From: an uncultured Verrucomicrobiales bacterium
GTDB taxonomy: Bacteria; Pseudomonadota; Alphaproteobacteria; Paracaedibacterales; CAITNM01
Direction of reading: 5' to 3'
DNA length: 54,252 nucleotides
Assembly: GCA_964351815.1 (NCBI GenBank)
Contig: CAYGPH010000003.1
Location: forward strand, 1-54,252
This document shows, in pieces, positions 52,395 to 54,252 of the stretch; the stretch's first letter is position 1; every line of letters starts with the position of its first letter. The notes under the pieces were generated by a model. It was not told the origin of the DNA and made no database searches. It saw only the letters and a list, made by a program, of their open reading frames with translations. The position numbers and the translations under genes were made by a program.

Positions 52395-52472
52395 GTTTTC
52401 TTTCTGTAATATTTCGCATACTATTGTTTAGAAAAACAACCAATAAACCAAAAAACAAAAGGAAGTTGCATA

Positions 52473-54026
52473 ATGGATTTTAATTTTTGGCCTAAGGGTG
52501 TTTTTTTCATTAGTACATGTGTTAGCGTTAATTTCCTAGCACTTAACGCTGCTACACCTTTAAGTGCTACTGAATTTTCAAATCAGTTTTTTGAACCAGA
52601 AGACAACGTAAAACGTGAATTTGTTGTTGAAGGAATTCATAGTTCCTTAAGGAGCGTTTTGCCAAAAATGGCTTTATCAAGCGGAAGGCATTTTCATGAT
52701 TTTATTTATTGTTTGATGCATAAAAAAATTTTCACCGACCATGATAAAGCTCATCTTTGCAAAATCATTGGTGCTAACCTAGATTCTGAAAAATTTACTT
52801 TTTTGCGTATGTTTGTTAATAAATTTTGGGAAGCAAAGCGACACACCTTTGATATATCAACTATTCACACGGCTATTGAAAGTATATTAAATCCATTGCG
52901 GGGATGTTATTTATTATTTTTAGAAAGTCGCTACACAGCATCGCCAAAAGATCCTTTTCTAAACGGTCTTGGTGATATCACTAGCTTAAATCTTAGCGGA
53001 AAAAAATTAAAGCAATTAGAAGTTGGATGCTTTGCCGCCTTTCAAAGCCTAAAATCGCTTGATCTTAGTGATAATAATTTGGTAGCTTTTCAGGCTCAAA
53101 CTTTTTTGGGTCTTGGCAATTTAAAAGATCTTTATCTCCAAAACAATCAAATAGATGATATTGACGTTAATTCTTTCTTGGGGTTAAAGTTTTTAGAAAC
53201 ATTGAATTTAAGTAATAATAATTTAGCAAGATTTTGTACACAAACCTTAGCGAGTTTTCATTCTTTACAGCATCTATTTCTTGGTGGAAACAAGCTAAAA
53301 AGAATTGAGGCTGGTAGATCAAAAATAAATATTTATTCCACTTTTAGAACCACTGGCGTTGCTTTTAGCAGTGGTGGCGTTGGCAAAGTTGACGATGCAA
53401 AGTTGCAAGGATATCAAAACCTTAAAACCTTAGATTTAAGCTCTAATAACTTAACTGAATTTGACGCAAGGGCATTTCATGGTATTTGTGCATTGGAAAA
53501 CCTGAATCTTAATCATAATGCCCTATCAGAAATCCACCCTGATACATTTCAAGGTTTGGTTCGTTTGACAGTTTTAGATTTAAGCAACAATCAAATTCAA
53601 GGGCTAAATCATAAATGTTTTTCCGCTCTCGCTTCCCTTGTAACGCTTTATATAAGATATAATAGAATAATGATTCTGCATCCAGAGGCATTTGCTAAAC
53701 TTGTATCCTTGCGTGAGCTGTACCTTAAAGAAAATCAAATTAAACTTGATCCTGAGCTAAAATTACCGGCATCTTTAACCGTGTTAGAACTTGATGAAAA
53801 TCGACTTGATAGCTTAAGTGTTGATTTTTTTCAGGGTATGGAAAAGCTTACCAGCCTATCTTTGGTAAACAATAAATTAAAAATATTCCCTGATTTTGAA
53901 AGATTACGTTCTTTGCAGATATTAGATTTATCAGGCAATCCCCTTGAAAAGCTCTCAAAAACGCATGGTTACCTTGGTAAGACTCAACTGCACGATCGTC
54001 TTGGCGCGTGTTTACAGGTTTCATAA
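52473..54026 (+). CDS. Leucine-rich-repeat protein (24-residue typical LRRs) with an unknown N-terminal domain
   Basis: 517 aa with a hydrophobic N-terminus. It has at least 12 units of LxxLxLxxNxLxxxxxxxFxxL (for example LKSLDLSDNNLVAFQAQTFLGLGN). Confidence 0.8.
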   Translation: MDFNFWPKGVFFISTCVSVNFLALNAATPLSATEFSNQFFEPEDNVKREFVVEGIHSSLRSVLPKMALSSGRHFHDFIYCLMHKKIFTDHDKAHLCKIIGANLDSEKFTFLRMFVNKFWEAKRHTFDISTIHTAIESILNPLRGCYLLFLESRYTASPKDPFLNGLGDITSLNLSGKKLKQLEVGCFAAFQSLKSLDLSDNNLVAFQAQTFLGLGNLKDLYLQNNQIDDIDVNSFLGLKFLETLNLSNNNLARFCTQTLASFHSLQHLFLGGNKLKRIEAGRSKINIYSTFRTTGVAFSSGGVGKVDDAKLQGYQNLKTLDLSSNNLTEFDARAFHGICALENLNLNHNALSEIHPDTFQGLVRLTVLDLSNNQIQGLNHKCFSALASLVTLYIRYNRIMILHPEAFAKLVSLRELYLKENQIKLDPELKLPASLTVLELDENRLDSLSVDFFQGMEKLTSLSLVNNKLKIFPDFERLRSLQILDLSGNPLEKLSKTHGYLGKTQLHDRLGACLQVS

Positions 54027-54187
54027 GCTGTTGCTGTGATTATAGTAGCAAGGCAAAGGTGTAAAAAAATAAATGCAATTTTTTTACTTTACAGAATCAT
54101 ATAAAGCATAGCCACATACAAATGCTTGATAATAATCCTGATTATGCAGCCTTCATATTGCAGAAATATTTTTTGGGGAAATTAAAT

Positions 54188-54252
54188 TGGAGCGGGCGAA
54201 GGGATTCGAACCCTCGACTTCAACCTTGGCAAGGTTGCGCTCTACCCCTGAG
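54188..54252 (-). tRNA. tRNA-Gly (GCC), 3' two-thirds (5' end outside the window)
   Basis: The reverse complement reads ...CTCAGGGGTAGAGCGCAACCTTGCCAAGGTTGAAGTCGAGGGTTCGAATCCCTTCGCCCGCTCCA. Anticodon loop UUGCCAA, T-loop GGTTCGAATCC, encoded CCA. Confidence 0.85.

Larger units (their letters stand above)
51389..52440 (+). repeat. Tandem duplication unit 2 (1052 bp; lacks one 639-bp module and 7 nt relative to unit 1)
   Basis: Same start and end sequences as unit 1. 1698 - 639 - 7 = 1052 matches the observed coordinates. Confidence 0.85.

Noticed and set aside
52249-52458. 69-aa minus-strand ORF downstream of paralog 2
   Set aside because: It lies antisense to the still-open, frameshifted C-terminal coding remnant of paralog 2, which explains the absence of stops.
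54061-54088. Inverted repeat GTAAAAAAA(9 nt)TTTTTTTAC downstream of the LRR gene, considered as a terminator
   Set aside because: The stem is pure A/T and thermodynamically weak. It is likely a chance palindrome in AT-rich spacer DNA.

Overview
This is an AT-rich bacterial chromosome segment with an alphaproteobacterial-type backbone. It opens with the last 14 codons of tuf. A complete, tightly packed S10-spc-alpha ribosomal super-operon follows (rpsJ to rplQ, with secY and adk embedded and no infA, rpmJ or rpsD). The rest of the backbone is housekeeping: aroK, a DUF21-CBS transporter, sucB, maeB, tkt, two MFS transporters, rnd, a tolC-rhodanese-pcm block, rpoH, tolB, an EnvZ-like kinase, bolA, bcp, recF, gyrB and a PBP1A gene. 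There are two tRNAs, a complete Cys-GCA and a partial Gly-GCC at the window edge. Between these blocks sit ORFan genes that all begin with signal-peptide-like N-termini, several with eukaryote-like domains. They are: an OTU-like cysteine protease with a very large insert between its Cys and His boxes (17.1-19.2 kb); two tandem F-box + 23-residue-LRR paralogs abutting tRNA-Cys (32.0-35.2 kb); a 538-aa protein with a HicA-like C-terminus, bracketed by an intact bolA and a decayed bolA 5' fragment (41.1-43.3 kb); and a tandemly duplicated, modular, partly frameshifted secreted-protein family that has copied the 3' tail of the PBP gene, followed by a 24-residue-LRR protein next to tRNA-Gly (49.7-54.2 kb). 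I saw no rRNA, CRISPR array, IS element, integrase or phage gene. By inference only, this gene content fits an intracellular symbiont or pathogen of a eukaryote (Holosporales/Rickettsiales-like) that manipulates host ubiquitin. All homology statements come from motif recognition by eye, not from searches.
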